Source: Desulfatiglandales bacterium (GTDB lineage: Bacteria > Desulfobacterota > DSM-4660 > Desulfatiglandales > HGW-15). From it: a stretch of DNA of 64,000 nt. Below, piece by piece: positions 1 to 10,249 of the stretch (the stretch's first letter is position 1; each line of letters begins with the position of its first letter). The stretch spans positions 2,272,001 through 2,336,000 of the forward strand of contig CAXXJJ010000004.1 in NCBI GenBank assembly GCA_963667015.2. Direction: 5' to 3'. A program made the translations under genes and the position numbers. Below the pieces are notes generated by a model that was given only the letters and a program-made list of their open reading frames with translations, did not search any database and was not told the DNA's origin.

Positions 1-2
1 GG

Positions 3-68
3 GGTGAAGTCGGAGACCGCATCCAGCAGGGTGATGTAGATGATCTCCTATCGAGCCTGGGATTGTAA
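3..68 (+). CDS. 3' end of CheZ-like chemotaxis phosphatase (partial)
   Basis: Frame from base 3 reads GEVGDRIQQGDVDDLLSSLGL*, matching the CheZ C-terminal QxDVDDLLxSLGF motif. Confidence 0.6.
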   Translation, partial: GEVGDRIQQGDVDDLLSSLGL

Positions 69-120
69 TTCAGATTGTCCCCACGAATTAACAGTAACTG
101 CTGAAATTGTATATAAATAT

Positions 121-151
121 AAAAAGCCCCGTCCAGAGGACGGGGCTTTTT
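121..151. terminator. Bidirectional rho-independent terminator
   Basis: AAAAAGCCCCGTCC-AGA-GGACGGGGCTTTTT between convergent genes. Confidence 0.9.
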
Positions 152-200
152 GTTAACAGAGATTATCCGGTAGATTACCGGCAATCTTAATGCTTCAATC

Positions 201-1562
201 CTAATGTTTAATCTTTTCCCATTCCTGGGCATATTCCTTTTCAAAATCAGGACATCTGTGTTCGGTATGACACTTTAAACAGGTCTCCATTCCAGGATCC
301 CCCTGAGGAACCGTACCGGGATCTTCCAGATGTGCAGCACTGTCACCATGGCATGATTCACACTGAATATTTCTCAGCTCTTTTTCCTGTGTTGTCACGC
401 TGAAACCGCCAGGCTCTTCAAAACGGGTAGTATGGCAGACAAGGCAGTCTGGATTAAACTGCTGGTTTTTATTTATAAGTGTTTGAAATGCCTTTGCATG
501 TTTTGTCTTGGTCCAGCCTTCATAGGCCTCACTGTGACAATCATTACAAGCGATTGATTTAGGCTCAGCAGTATCTGTTTTATCCTTGGCAGCGCCGCCC
601 TGATTATAGAGTTTGGCTACATCCAGATTAAACTGAGCAATCATTTCCTTTACCTTTGGATCGTCGGCCATCTCATCACTCATTGGGACAAGTTCATTTT
701 TCACTGTTTTGGATCCGTCAGGGCCTATTTCAACCTCAAACATACCCTGATACTGGCCTTTTTCTCCTGTCTGAACAATGTAGGTACCATTTGCTTCGTA
801 GGGGGTTTTCAGTTTCTGTTTATGATGACCGCCAACAACCAGGTCAACTCCCTTGATCTTTCGGGCTATTATCCAGTTGCGCCCAATATGCTGATGTGTC
901 ATTACAATAACATAGTCTGCCTTATCTTTAATTTCGGCGACTTTTTCTTCAACTGTTTTAATAGGATCCAGTACGGTTATTGAGGAACCAACAATGTCAT
1001 TCATTAATTTTGAAACTTCAGAGGTGTTTCCCATAATACCGATGATCCCTACATTTAGATCACCCACTTTTTTGATTATATAGGGCTTAAATAAAAGCTG
1101 GTTTTTATCGTCCACAAGATTGGCGGAGACAAAGGGAAGCTCATATTTTTTCTCCAGCTCCCTGATATAATCAAGGCCCAGAGACAGTTCCAGTTCACCA
1201 ACATTTATCGCATCAATACCAAGGCCTTTAACAATCTTGGAAACAAGTTCGGCCTTCAATTTTGCAGACGGCATGAAGGAGTCTTTTATTTGGGCGTGTT
1301 CATTCAGTAAATCGCCTGAATCAACAACTATAAGGTTTTTATGTGTTTTTCTGTATTCATCTAGATATGCTGTTTTCTTGTAGAGCCCACCGAGCATCTC
1401 ACCGCTTTCAGCTCACCCGCATGGCTCAAGATAACCTTCAATATTGCTGCTGTATGCTATAGTAAGTTTTTTATTCCCTTCTGTACCTGTGGAACCTGAT
1501 GCCATCAGCAGGCAAAAAAGTGAAACAATAGCCAATGATAAAAGAGTAATTTTGGTTTTCAT
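201..1562 (-). CDS. Secreted UshA/5'-nucleotidase-like metallophosphoesterase-fold selenoprotein fused to a tetraheme c-type cytochrome (Sec at TGA 1413-1415)
   Basis: ORF 201..1397 extends in frame through one TGA to ATG at 1562: MKTKITLLSLAIVSLFCLLMASG...LTIAYSSNIEGYLEPCG-U-AESGEMLGG. DSGD and GGH motifs; hemes CNDCH, CLVCH, CESCH, CLKCH. Confidence 0.85.
1380..1402 (-). promoter_or_regulatory. Bacterial SECIS-like hairpin
   Basis: Starting 11 nt after the UGA: GUGAGA-U-GCUC-GGU-GGGC-UCUAC, a stem with a bulged U and a G/GU apical loop (folded by eye). Confidence 0.65.
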
Positions 1563-1776
1563 CCTTTGTCAATCCTCGCTAAAAAATTTATCAACAATAC
1601 ATCCCTGAACCTAAATAATCAGTTTCTGCATTTTACCGCCTTTTTTAAGCATTTCCACTTTATGATCCTATATTATGATTCATATTTAGGGCCTGAATGC
1701 TTGCGGTAATCCTAACAGAATTTATAAATAAGTCAAGGCAGGAAGAAGGGCAGATATATCGGCTGGATCAGGCATT

Positions 1777-2340
1777 TTAATTACTGTCATGTTTAGTTTT
1801 TTTTGTTTTTTTCACCTGCAACGCCTTTTGGGATTTTCTTTTCTGACGCCATTCCCTTATCTTCTGGAATATCTTTAAAAATATAAAATAAGTTGGAACC
1901 GCAGTTACAGTTCCTATCAAAATGCCCCCGACAAGAAGGGACGAAGCCAGGGTCATTCCGGATGAAAACAACTTTCCCCAGATGACAGCCATCTCATCGC
2001 CACGGCTGATTGAGGCCATTACAGATTTAAGGATTTCGTGCCCTCCTTCTACACCGAGGAGATAGGCCCCCAGTTTAAAATCATAGAGATATATGAAATA
2101 CCAGTTTAAAGGATTACTTGCCCAGGTACCCAGCGCGGCAGTAATTTTGCTGGCCTTGAATAAAAGCGCCAGGGCCACGGCAAGGGCAATTTGGAGGGGA
2201 AGAACGGGCATCATCCCGGAAAAAACACCTATAGCCATACCAAGAGCCAGTTCATGGGGTTCACCCCTGAGCCTGAGAAACCTGATATAATAGTATTTCA
2301 ACTGTCTTTCATAACTAAAATTTCGAGAGTTCTGAGCCAT
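1777..2340 (-). CDS. DUF2062 family membrane protein
   Basis: PHELALGMAIGVF...P...SNPL pattern; hydrophobic segments. Confidence 0.85.
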   Translation of the reverse strand: MAQNSRNFSYERQLKYYYIRFLRLRGEPHELALGMAIGVFSGMMPVLPLQIALAVALALLFKASKITAALGTWASNPLNWYFIYLYDFKLGAYLLGVEGGHEILKSVMASISRGDEMAVIWGKLFSSGMTLASSLLVGGILIGTVTAVPTYFIFLKIFQKIREWRQKRKSQKALQVKKTKKTKHDSN

Positions 2341-2463
2341 TCCAATATTTTTTATCTATACAATCGTTTTCAAAACGATTATCGGGGAACCTGCATTAAT
2401 ATGTTAAAAAAATTTCAGAGGGAAATTAATGAATAAATATACACCCGTCAATATAATAATTAA

Positions 2464-5400
2464 TCAGTAATCATGTTTCCAGTTTATTCCCATCCCTGTT
2501 TCGGAATCCTCTCCCACCTCGGTCTCAACGGTTATGCTGGGGGTGAGTTCCCAGGTGACAGACGCCTTCCCGCTCTCGTCGCTTACGCCCTTTTCCACCT
2601 CAATATATATATTATCTTTCAGGTATTTCCCCGCACTCAATGCGGATTCATCAGGGTTTACCTCTGACTGTTTTACCTCAAGCCGGTCCACGCCTATCAG
2701 GTTTCTGGTATATGCAAGTGGATCAAAGCCCTTCTTCCCGCCAAGCATCTGCCTTAACGCGGCCGCAAGCTGAAGCGCCTGAAGAGGTGTGATCTGAGAA
2801 ACCTCTCTGTCAAACAATACCCTTGCCAGTATCTCATCCTGGGGCAGCTCAGGTTCGGAAGACAGGCTCAGTACCGGATCTTTTATACTGCCTCTAAGGT
2901 TAATTAAGGCCGTAATGCTGCTGTTCACTGATTTTCCGGTAACATCAAAATATGGGTCAGGAGGTGAATTTCCCGCAAAGGTAACCTGTCCTTCGGTAAG
3001 GGTAAACGGCCTGGACAGAAAATTGTAATTTCCTCTTAAAAGGGTGAAGTTACCGGTGATAACCGGATCTTTGGAATCTCCTTCCAGTTTAACATCCCCT
3101 TTCCATTCCGAATCCAGCCCCCTTCCCTTGATATACACCCTGCCCTGGCTTGAAACGGCAAGATCAAAATTTATTTTACCCTTTGCTGCCGGTTTTATTT
3201 CATCCTGAACGGTTTCAACATCCCTGTTGATCTCCTTTATCTCCAGCTCGGTAAACTCGACCGGAAGTTTTTCAGCAATCTCATATTCAGCCTTTTCCAG
3301 GGTTAATTTCCCTGACAGATCATGCTGTTTCATGGAACCTGAAATAACAGCATTCCCTCCCGCAACCGTCCTGAGGCTTTTACTTCCGGTTAACTGCATA
3401 TTTTTTAAGGCTATGCTCACTTCATATGGAAAATTTTTATCAGCATCAATATCAAGGTGACCGCTTCCCGATATCTTACCATTCAGGCCGTCATAAGCCT
3501 TAAAATTATGAAGTGTAATACCGTAATTGTCAGCAGATATTTCCGCCTCTATATTGTCAACCAGGATTCCCATGCCTGTGTTTTCATAGGTTCCCTTTGA
3601 CAGCAGGGCCCTGCCTGCTATTACAGGCGACCCGTAATAACCGCTTATATCAAAACCTGTATCCAGCCTGCCCGCAATCACCTGATCATGCATTTCAAAC
3701 ACAGCAGGGATTACAGCAAGATCGAATTCACCCTTTATACTGCCCTTTATCGGATCAGTGTCTTTTGGTGCAAGCTTAAAAGGATAGATCGAAAAATCAC
3801 CGGGAATTGATATATCACCCTTAAGGGTCGCACCGGACATCCCATCCAGGCTGAATTTTCCGGACATACTGTCCTTTTTCATATCATATTCCGCCGTGAT
3901 TGAAACAGGAGGGATGCTGTTCTTCTTAAGACTTTTTCTTTTAATCCCGTCGGCTGTTATAATCCCGGACAGAACAGGAGAGGTTGATGTGCCATCCAGC
4001 TTGAGACTGCTGTCCAGTGTTCCATCAAGGACAGGTGTACCTGCCAGAGAAAGAAGAGATAGTGGCATACTTTTCACCATTATCCTTCCATCCACATTAT
4101 CACCATTATAATTTAAAGATCCGCTGATATTACCCGAGTCAACATCAATATCTAAATTTTCAAACATTATTGCTTCAGCAGAATATTTGACTGTCAACGG
4201 CTGAAGGCTTCTCACCTGTGAAGTGCCAAACCTGCCATTCAGCTCCTGAATTTTAAAGGATTTAGTATCACTCTGATTAACAAACCCTATCGATGCTGTA
4301 AAGCCCATCTCCTCGCCTGCAGTACCAGTACCATTTATATTAAACTCGGATTTATTCCGTTCACCTTTCCCTTTAATTTCAACTGTCTTCAGGACAACAC
4401 CCTTATGATTAAAACCATTGATGGCTGAGGAAGCGGAAAAATGGAGTTCTCCGAAAACATCTGTCATGCTGCCTTTAACATCGATATCTTCAACTGTGTC
4501 CTGGTTAAAGGTTATTTTTTCTGCAGAGGCTGAAATTTCAAGATTCTGTGCATTTTCTATTGGTTTAAAGACTATTTCACCGGATACACTCCCCTCGATA
4601 TTGGGTCCATACAGCGAGGATATTGCAGAGATATCCGGACTTGAAAAATTTAATCTGCCGTTGATCAGGCGGGCCTTTCCTTCAAAAAGAATACTGCCGC
4701 CCAGGTCCGTTCCCATGCCTGAAAGATAAAGGTTTTTAAGTGAAACATCTTTGCCGGATATATAAAAATCCGATCCGGCCTTTAACTTTTCATCCCCCGA
4801 TATAGATTCGATTAAGATCTTTCCACTGCTGTTCTTATCCCTGTATTTTGCAGTGATCCTGCTCGAAATATTATCTGTCTTTATTTTATCCCAGGCAAAT
4901 TTTTCTATTTTTGTACTGCAGGCTGTATCAAAATTGTTTACCTCACCCTTCAGGGAACAGTTAATATCTCCCCTGCCTGAGACATCATTTTTGACATATG
5001 AAGAAGCTATAGAAAGATCAGGAATAAACAGAGCCATTTCAGATTCTACAAGACCTTTCTGGTCATAGTTGATGGCTCCCTCCATCGATATTGATTCGCT
5101 GTTTATCCTGATATCGGAAACCCGGGCAAACCCGTCTGAAAAATGAACACGGGATTCAAACCTTACTGTATTGCCCGCAAAAATTTTAAGACCCGGATTA
5201 TCCAATTGTAGCTTATATGCGCCTTTCAGAAACCCGTTAAAGGATTTTGAATTTAAATCTGCATCAAGATTAAAATCAATATCACCCCTTCCCTTCAACA
5301 AATCGGAAGCCTTCGAAAAATAATGGCCGGGATCAGTTGCATCTATCCGACCTTCTAGATGAGCTGTCCGGTTTACTGCGTTCAGATACCCTGATGTCCG

Positions 5401-6858
5401 GAAATTGATGTTTCCGGAATCAGCATTAAGCAGTTTTACATTTATCTGTCCGTTGTTATCTCTTACAAGTTCAAAGCTGCAGGTTATCTTTTCCTCCTGA
5501 TATTCCTGGTCCCCGGACCTGAGAGAAAATCCCTTTATATCGCCTGAACCTGCAACACTCATTATGTCTTTCGGATTATTTCTGTCACGGAAATGCCCCT
5601 GACCTGTCCCCTCTATTTCCAGTACATTGATCCGGTCACTATTCAGGCCGATAAGCCTGTAAGACAGATCCATATCCGGGCTGAAGAGTTTTCCATTTAT
5701 AGAACCTTCAACAGACAAGCTGTCTACAGAATACCCTTCTGCAATCTTATCTAAAGATGCTGCATCTCTGGTTTTCAGACTGAAAGTCCCGGCTGAATCC
5801 ATATTCGCAAGCCTGATATTTCCCATGTAACCGGATTCAAGCTTTTCGGTTTTTATCCGTAGGGGGTTAAGGCGCAGCTCCTTCTGATTAATTAAATCCG
5901 CATTGATATTAAATTCAGCGCCTTTTCCAACAAGGTCACTGTATTTTTCTTCAAAAAGGGAGTCTGAGAATAAAAAATAACCCGAGGTACTGATGGAATA
6001 ATCATCTCCTGCGATTTTAATATTGATTTCTGAGTTGATCTCTCCTGTCTTCCTGCTCGAAAGATAAAGCTTCCCCTTCCAGTTGTCCGGGTTTCCGCTC
6101 CCCTCAATAAGACACCTGAGATCTTCACCTTTGCCTGTAAGTTTATATATTATTCCTTCGCCAGGCTCCTGAACATCTACCTTTAATTCCATATGCTGCG
6201 GTCTTATGCCCATATGGATATCAGCCTTAAGTGATTCAGCGGCGCTATCAATCCTTACAATCTCAAGGTTGTAATTTCTTACTCCTTCAGATCCTGAATC
6301 ATTCATACCTCCAACGAGACTGAATTGAGCAGACGCCCCAAGGATACTGCCATCCAGATCAATGCTTGAGGCATTAATATCTTCTATTTTTATTCGTGAA
6401 AGAAATGCAGGAACTTCGAATCCTTCGCGTATCTTTCGTGGAGTCCTGTTTTTTCTGGCAGGCAGTCTGCTGATTTCAGTCTTTTCCAGATGAAGCGTTT
6501 CAACAAAAAGACGCCCCTTAAGCAAGGCGAGAAGATCAATCTTTAAGGAAAAGTTATGAACCTGCAGCCATCTGCCATCCCTGTCGTAGAGGCTCAGATC
6601 ACCAATAGTAAACCTGAAAGGAAATACCCCCCTGATATCTTTGACTTCAATTTTTAATTCATTTTTTTCAAGCGCTGATCTGTTAAGAAAGCTGATAAAT
6701 AAATTGAAACCGAAATCTGTCTGCAGGGTAAATAATAACACAGATGCAGCAAGAAAGAGCCCGGCAAGGGAAAGGCTGCACCATTTAAGGATTCTTAAAT
6801 ATATCTTTTTATAAGCAGTTATGTAACCGACGAATTGCTTCATATATATACCAAACAC
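2464..6858 (-). CDS. tamB: Translocation and assembly module TamB
   Basis: 1464 aa, N-terminal TM, beta-rich body, DUF490-like C-terminus (GRGLDSEW, LPQDEILARVLF, GKYLKDNIY...WKHDY); adjacent to tamA. Confidence 0.9.
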   Translation of the reverse strand: MFGIYMKQFVGYITAYKKIYLRILKWCSLSLAGLFLAASVLLFTLQTDFGFNLFISFLNRSALEKNELKIEVKDIRGVFPFRFTIGDLSLYDRDGRWLQVHNFSLKIDLLALLKGRLFVETLHLEKTEISRLPARKNRTPRKIREGFEVPAFLSRIKIEDINASSIDLDGSILGASAQFSLVGGMNDSGSEGVRNYNLEIVRIDSAAESLKADIHMGIRPQHMELKVDVQEPGEGIIYKLTGKGEDLRCLIEGSGNPDNWKGKLYLSSRKTGEINSEINIKIAGDDYSISTSGYFLFSDSLFEEKYSDLVGKGAEFNINADLINQKELRLNPLRIKTEKLESGYMGNIRLANMDSAGTFSLKTRDAASLDKIAEGYSVDSLSVEGSINGKLFSPDMDLSYRLIGLNSDRINVLEIEGTGQGHFRDRNNPKDIMSVAGSGDIKGFSLRSGDQEYQEEKITCSFELVRDNNGQINVKLLNADSGNINFRTSGYLNAVNRTAHLEGRIDATDPGHYFSKASDLLKGRGDIDFNLDADLNSKSFNGFLKGAYKLQLDNPGLKIFAGNTVRFESRVHFSDGFARVSDIRINSESISMEGAINYDQKGLVESEMALFIPDLSIASSYVKNDVSGRGDINCSLKGEVNNFDTACSTKIEKFAWDKIKTDNISSRITAKYRDKNSSGKILIESISGDEKLKAGSDFYISGKDVSLKNLYLSGMGTDLGGSILFEGKARLINGRLNFSSPDISAISSLYGPNIEGSVSGEIVFKPIENAQNLEISASAEKITFNQDTVEDIDVKGSMTDVFGELHFSASSAINGFNHKGVVLKTVEIKGKGERNKSEFNINGTGTAGEEMGFTASIGFVNQSDTKSFKIQELNGRFGTSQVRSLQPLTVKYSAEAIMFENLDIDVDSGNISGSLNYNGDNVDGRIMVKSMPLSLLSLAGTPVLDGTLDSSLKLDGTSTSPVLSGIITADGIKRKSLKKNSIPPVSITAEYDMKKDSMSGKFSLDGMSGATLKGDISIPGDFSIYPFKLAPKDTDPIKGSIKGEFDLAVIPAVFEMHDQVIAGRLDTGFDISGYYGSPVIAGRALLSKGTYENTGMGILVDNIEAEISADNYGITLHNFKAYDGLNGKISGSGHLDIDADKNFPYEVSIALKNMQLTGSKSLRTVAGGNAVISGSMKQHDLSGKLTLEKAEYEIAEKLPVEFTELEIKEINRDVETVQDEIKPAAKGKINFDLAVSSQGRVYIKGRGLDSEWKGDVKLEGDSKDPVITGNFTLLRGNYNFLSRPFTLTEGQVTFAGNSPPDPYFDVTGKSVNSSITALINLRGSIKDPVLSLSSEPELPQDEILARVLFDREVSQITPLQALQLAAALRQMLGGKKGFDPLAYTRNLIGVDRLEVKQSEVNPDESALSAGKYLKDNIYIEVEKGVSDESGKASVTWELTPSITVETEVGEDSETGMGINWKHDY

Positions 6859-8679
6859 TTAAAAGGCCTGACCAATACTTATATACAACTGGAATGAATC
6901 ATCTATTCCATCTCTCCTGTTCAGCGGGAAGCCCGCATCAAACCTCAGAGGACCGATTGGAGTAAAATACCTGACACCTATACCCGTTCCCCACCTGATC
7001 TTTTCTTCCCGGTCAAACAGTTTTTCCGAATAGGCCGTGCCTCCATCCAGAAATACCACAAACCCGAATTTGCGTGTTGCCTTCAGCCTGGCTTCAACAG
7101 ACATTTCAATCAGTGCCTTCCCGCCAAGGGGAGTACCATCTGATAAAGGTCCTATGGACTGGTAGGGATAGCCCCTCACCGATCCCCCGCCTCCTGCATA
7201 AAATCTTTCATCAGCCGGGATGTCGCTCTTGCCGGCCCCCTTGATCATTCCAAGTGTGATACTTCCTGCCATAACCGTGAGCGGTTCTCTTAATATTCTC
7301 AGATAATGCCTGTATCTTATCAGCCCCTTATTGTAGAACAGCGAATCACCTGTCGGATCATAATAGGGTACATACCTGAGTGCAAGACGTCCTCCCCTTA
7401 CAGGGTCAAGCAGGTCATCACTATAATCCAGATTAAAGTAAAGGGGCATGGACAGGAGGGAATACCGGTCTTCAATTCCAAGCTGATCAATCTTTGATGT
7501 CTTAAAAACCATGCCTCCACTGGCATCCATCTTCTCCGATAAATCCCTGTCCAAAAAAGCCGACGATGAATAGCTGTCACTTATATACGCGTCAGTGTCT
7601 TCATGTGTTTTTTGGATGGAAAGGCGCAGGGTCTGTTCTTTCATAAAAAAGGCCGGCTTTTTAAAAAGGCCTTCAATGGTTGTGAGGTAGCTTGAAAAAT
7701 TGGAAAGGAAACCGAGTTTTTCACCGTGGCCGAACAGGTTTCTGTTTTCCCATGAAAATTTCACACCAGGCCCTTCATCCGTGTGATATTTTAGGCCAGC
7801 GCCGATAGAATTGTGTTTACGTTCAGTAACCTCGACTTCAACCGGCAGCATGCCGCCATCAGATAATTTTCCTTCCGAAATCCTTATGGTTGAAAACAAT
7901 CCGAGATCCATGAATTTTTTATAGCATTTGTTTATCAGATCTGGATCATAGACATCCCCTTCCTTCCAGGGAATAAACTTCCTGAGAAACGAATGGTCTA
8001 CTTTTTCAAGTCCCTTGAATTCCGTTTCTCCAAAATAACCCTTTTGACCGGGATTAATATCAAACTCAACCGATACAGACCGGGTTTTATGGTCTGCGGT
8101 GATATCCCTTTTTTCTACTGTCGGATAAGGGTATCCCTGCTTTCGGACAAGAAACAGCAGTTTTTCTTCACCTTCCAGAATTGTTTTTGACCGGTACGCT
8201 TCTCCCGGGGTCATACCAACCTTTGACATGTTAGGGATTTTAATATCGCTGACCTCACTCGGTGTGAAGCTGACATTTACAGAGGAGAGGGTAAAGGGTC
8301 TTTTGAAAGCAAAAAGAAAGGTGACTTCCCAGGGGCTTTTTGCTGTATCAATGGTTTCATTGATTTCAGTATCAAAGTATCCTTCGGATTTTAAAAATCT
8401 GGTAAAAAGCTCAATATCTTCACTGACACGTTTTCGGAGAATACCTAACGAACCCGCCGGTTTTGATGACATTTCACGGGTAGCGGACAGGTTTCTGATC
8501 TGATCCAGGAGCGTATCATCCTTTACTCCCTTAAAACTTACATGATAGCGGTCTATTTCAGCAGAGAAGGAATTATTACAATCAAGAAGAATGACAGCAT
8601 AAAATAATAAAAATATAGCCGCCAATAAAAAAAAGCCGTGATGAGAGATTTTTAGATTTGAACTGTCTTTTGTCTGCAT
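6859..8679 (-). CDS. tamA: Omp85-family outer membrane protein TamA
   Basis: POTRA-like N-terminus, RFYAGGGGSVRGY, TPIGPLRFD, ends YISIGQAF. Confidence 0.9.
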   Translation of the reverse strand: MQTKDSSNLKISHHGFFLLAAIFLLFYAVILLDCNNSFSAEIDRYHVSFKGVKDDTLLDQIRNLSATREMSSKPAGSLGILRKRVSEDIELFTRFLKSEGYFDTEINETIDTAKSPWEVTFLFAFKRPFTLSSVNVSFTPSEVSDIKIPNMSKVGMTPGEAYRSKTILEGEEKLLFLVRKQGYPYPTVEKRDITADHKTRSVSVEFDINPGQKGYFGETEFKGLEKVDHSFLRKFIPWKEGDVYDPDLINKCYKKFMDLGLFSTIRISEGKLSDGGMLPVEVEVTERKHNSIGAGLKYHTDEGPGVKFSWENRNLFGHGEKLGFLSNFSSYLTTIEGLFKKPAFFMKEQTLRLSIQKTHEDTDAYISDSYSSSAFLDRDLSEKMDASGGMVFKTSKIDQLGIEDRYSLLSMPLYFNLDYSDDLLDPVRGGRLALRYVPYYDPTGDSLFYNKGLIRYRHYLRILREPLTVMAGSITLGMIKGAGKSDIPADERFYAGGGGSVRGYPYQSIGPLSDGTPLGGKALIEMSVEARLKATRKFGFVVFLDGGTAYSEKLFDREEKIRWGTGIGVRYFTPIGPLRFDAGFPLNRRDGIDDSFQLYISIGQAF

Positions 8680-9186
8680 AAGTATCCGATACCATAGAAT
8701 TTCAGAATGTTATTATTTACAGTTTAACACAGTTTAAATGCAAAACAAATTTGCAGGCATTTTTGCCTGTACCTGCATAACTATTATTAGACATTAAAAA
8801 GTTATGGAAGGTTCCGGGCAGGTATTTATGGCTGGAATTAAAGAGAGATTAATATAATGTCAAATTTTGAGCAGGTTCCTTCCGAGAAATCTGATCTATT
8901 ATACTTTTCATTAATATTAATCAGTAATAATCTCTGATTAGCACTATTCTCTCGGACACACTTCTTGATAGAAAGATAATATCTACTGACAAATGGAATG
9001 TGTATACTTATTGGAGTAATAGTCAGCATATAAGGATTATCTGGTTTATTTTCTGATTAAAATCAGATAGGTAGAGCATAAAATAAATCAAACAAGTCCA
9101 ATCACAGGATGTTGCTCATTTTTCAGTAATAAGTAAAGCATATAAAGCTAGTGTTTTCAGCTTGAGCATCTCCCTTTTCCCCCTCT

Positions 9187-10236
9187 TTATAAAGACTCTG
9201 CTAAGCGAATATTCAGCGCTGAGGTGATTCGTCTGAACCGACAAAAAAAACTACCACTTGTGGACCCTCCCATATGTAATCCAAGGACCTTGTTTTTTCC
9301 ACTAAGAACTAGTGCTCCGCTATCACCTACATTAGAACGGTAATCACATAGTACAAGATTTTTAAAGCCCGCTCGCTGCTCTTTTCCCTGCGCAGGGCTG
9401 CCTTGGAAATAGAAAGCAGTTTTAAAGCTTGTATCAGTGATTTGGCCTGACGTATAGTCTGTTGAACGTCCAACTTTATACACAGGTAAACTTTCTATTA
9501 TATTGCCAACTCCTAATGGTTTTACGCCAACCTCTCTTATACGGAAATCCCTTTCGATGGTTCCATCTATCAATGCAATTCCCGCATCGATTGAATTGGG
9601 GAATGACCGGATGTCCGAATCAAACTTTGGAGTTGTATATTTTTTGATCATTCCGATTTTGAAATTCTCTCGCCCAGTCTGATCATCTGTAGCAGGCTGT
9701 TCAACAATACCGCCCGACTCACGAAAGAAATCTGTCAGGACATGTGCGCTAGTCAGCAGGTAGAAAACATTTAAATCGTCGGGATTATTTGGAGTGACAT
9801 AACAACCGAATGTCCCAGTAACACCTTTGGCTCGGCTAATACTACAACCCGGCATTGGAGGACGGGCGTATGACGAGAATTTGTGCAGTTGAAGTTGTCC
9901 AATCGTTGTGACATCCGTCTCGATTATTCCAATATCAGGAATGGATATCCGTCGAGGTACAGGGTGTTTGATTTGGGATTTAGGTTTTTTCTTCCTCACA
10001 TAGATCTTCATCGCAAACTCTGGTTGCTGAAACCCTCCAGTGACTCGACGCGCAACACCGAATCCTTGAATACTTCTCTCATACATCCAAACTTTATTGT
10101 TCTCAAATAATTTAGTTACTGCTTGGCTTAGGCTATCAGTTCGGACTTCTTTCGGTAAACCTATGAGTGATCCTTCAGTAATAACATTCAATGCTATGCG
10201 GTAAGGTGCGTGTGTGTGTTTCTCTCGGCGTCTCAT
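9187..10236 (-). CDS. Nal1-like trypsin-fold serine protease
   Basis: GTFGC, LTSAHV (His), DAGIA (Asp), GDSGA (Ser), KVGRSTDYTSG; no signal peptide. Confidence 0.8.
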   Translation of the reverse strand: MRRREKHTHAPYRIALNVITEGSLIGLPKEVRTDSLSQAVTKLFENNKVWMYERSIQGFGVARRVTGGFQQPEFAMKIYVRKKKPKSQIKHPVPRRISIPDIGIIETDVTTIGQLQLHKFSSYARPPMPGCSISRAKGVTGTFGCYVTPNNPDDLNVFYLLTSAHVLTDFFRESGGIVEQPATDDQTGRENFKIGMIKKYTTPKFDSDIRSFPNSIDAGIALIDGTIERDFRIREVGVKPLGVGNIIESLPVYKVGRSTDYTSGQITDTSFKTAFYFQGSPAQGKEQRAGFKNLVLCDYRSNVGDSGALVLSGKNKVLGLHMGGSTSGSFFCRFRRITSALNIRLAESL

Positions 10237-10249
10237 AGCTTAGCTTCCA

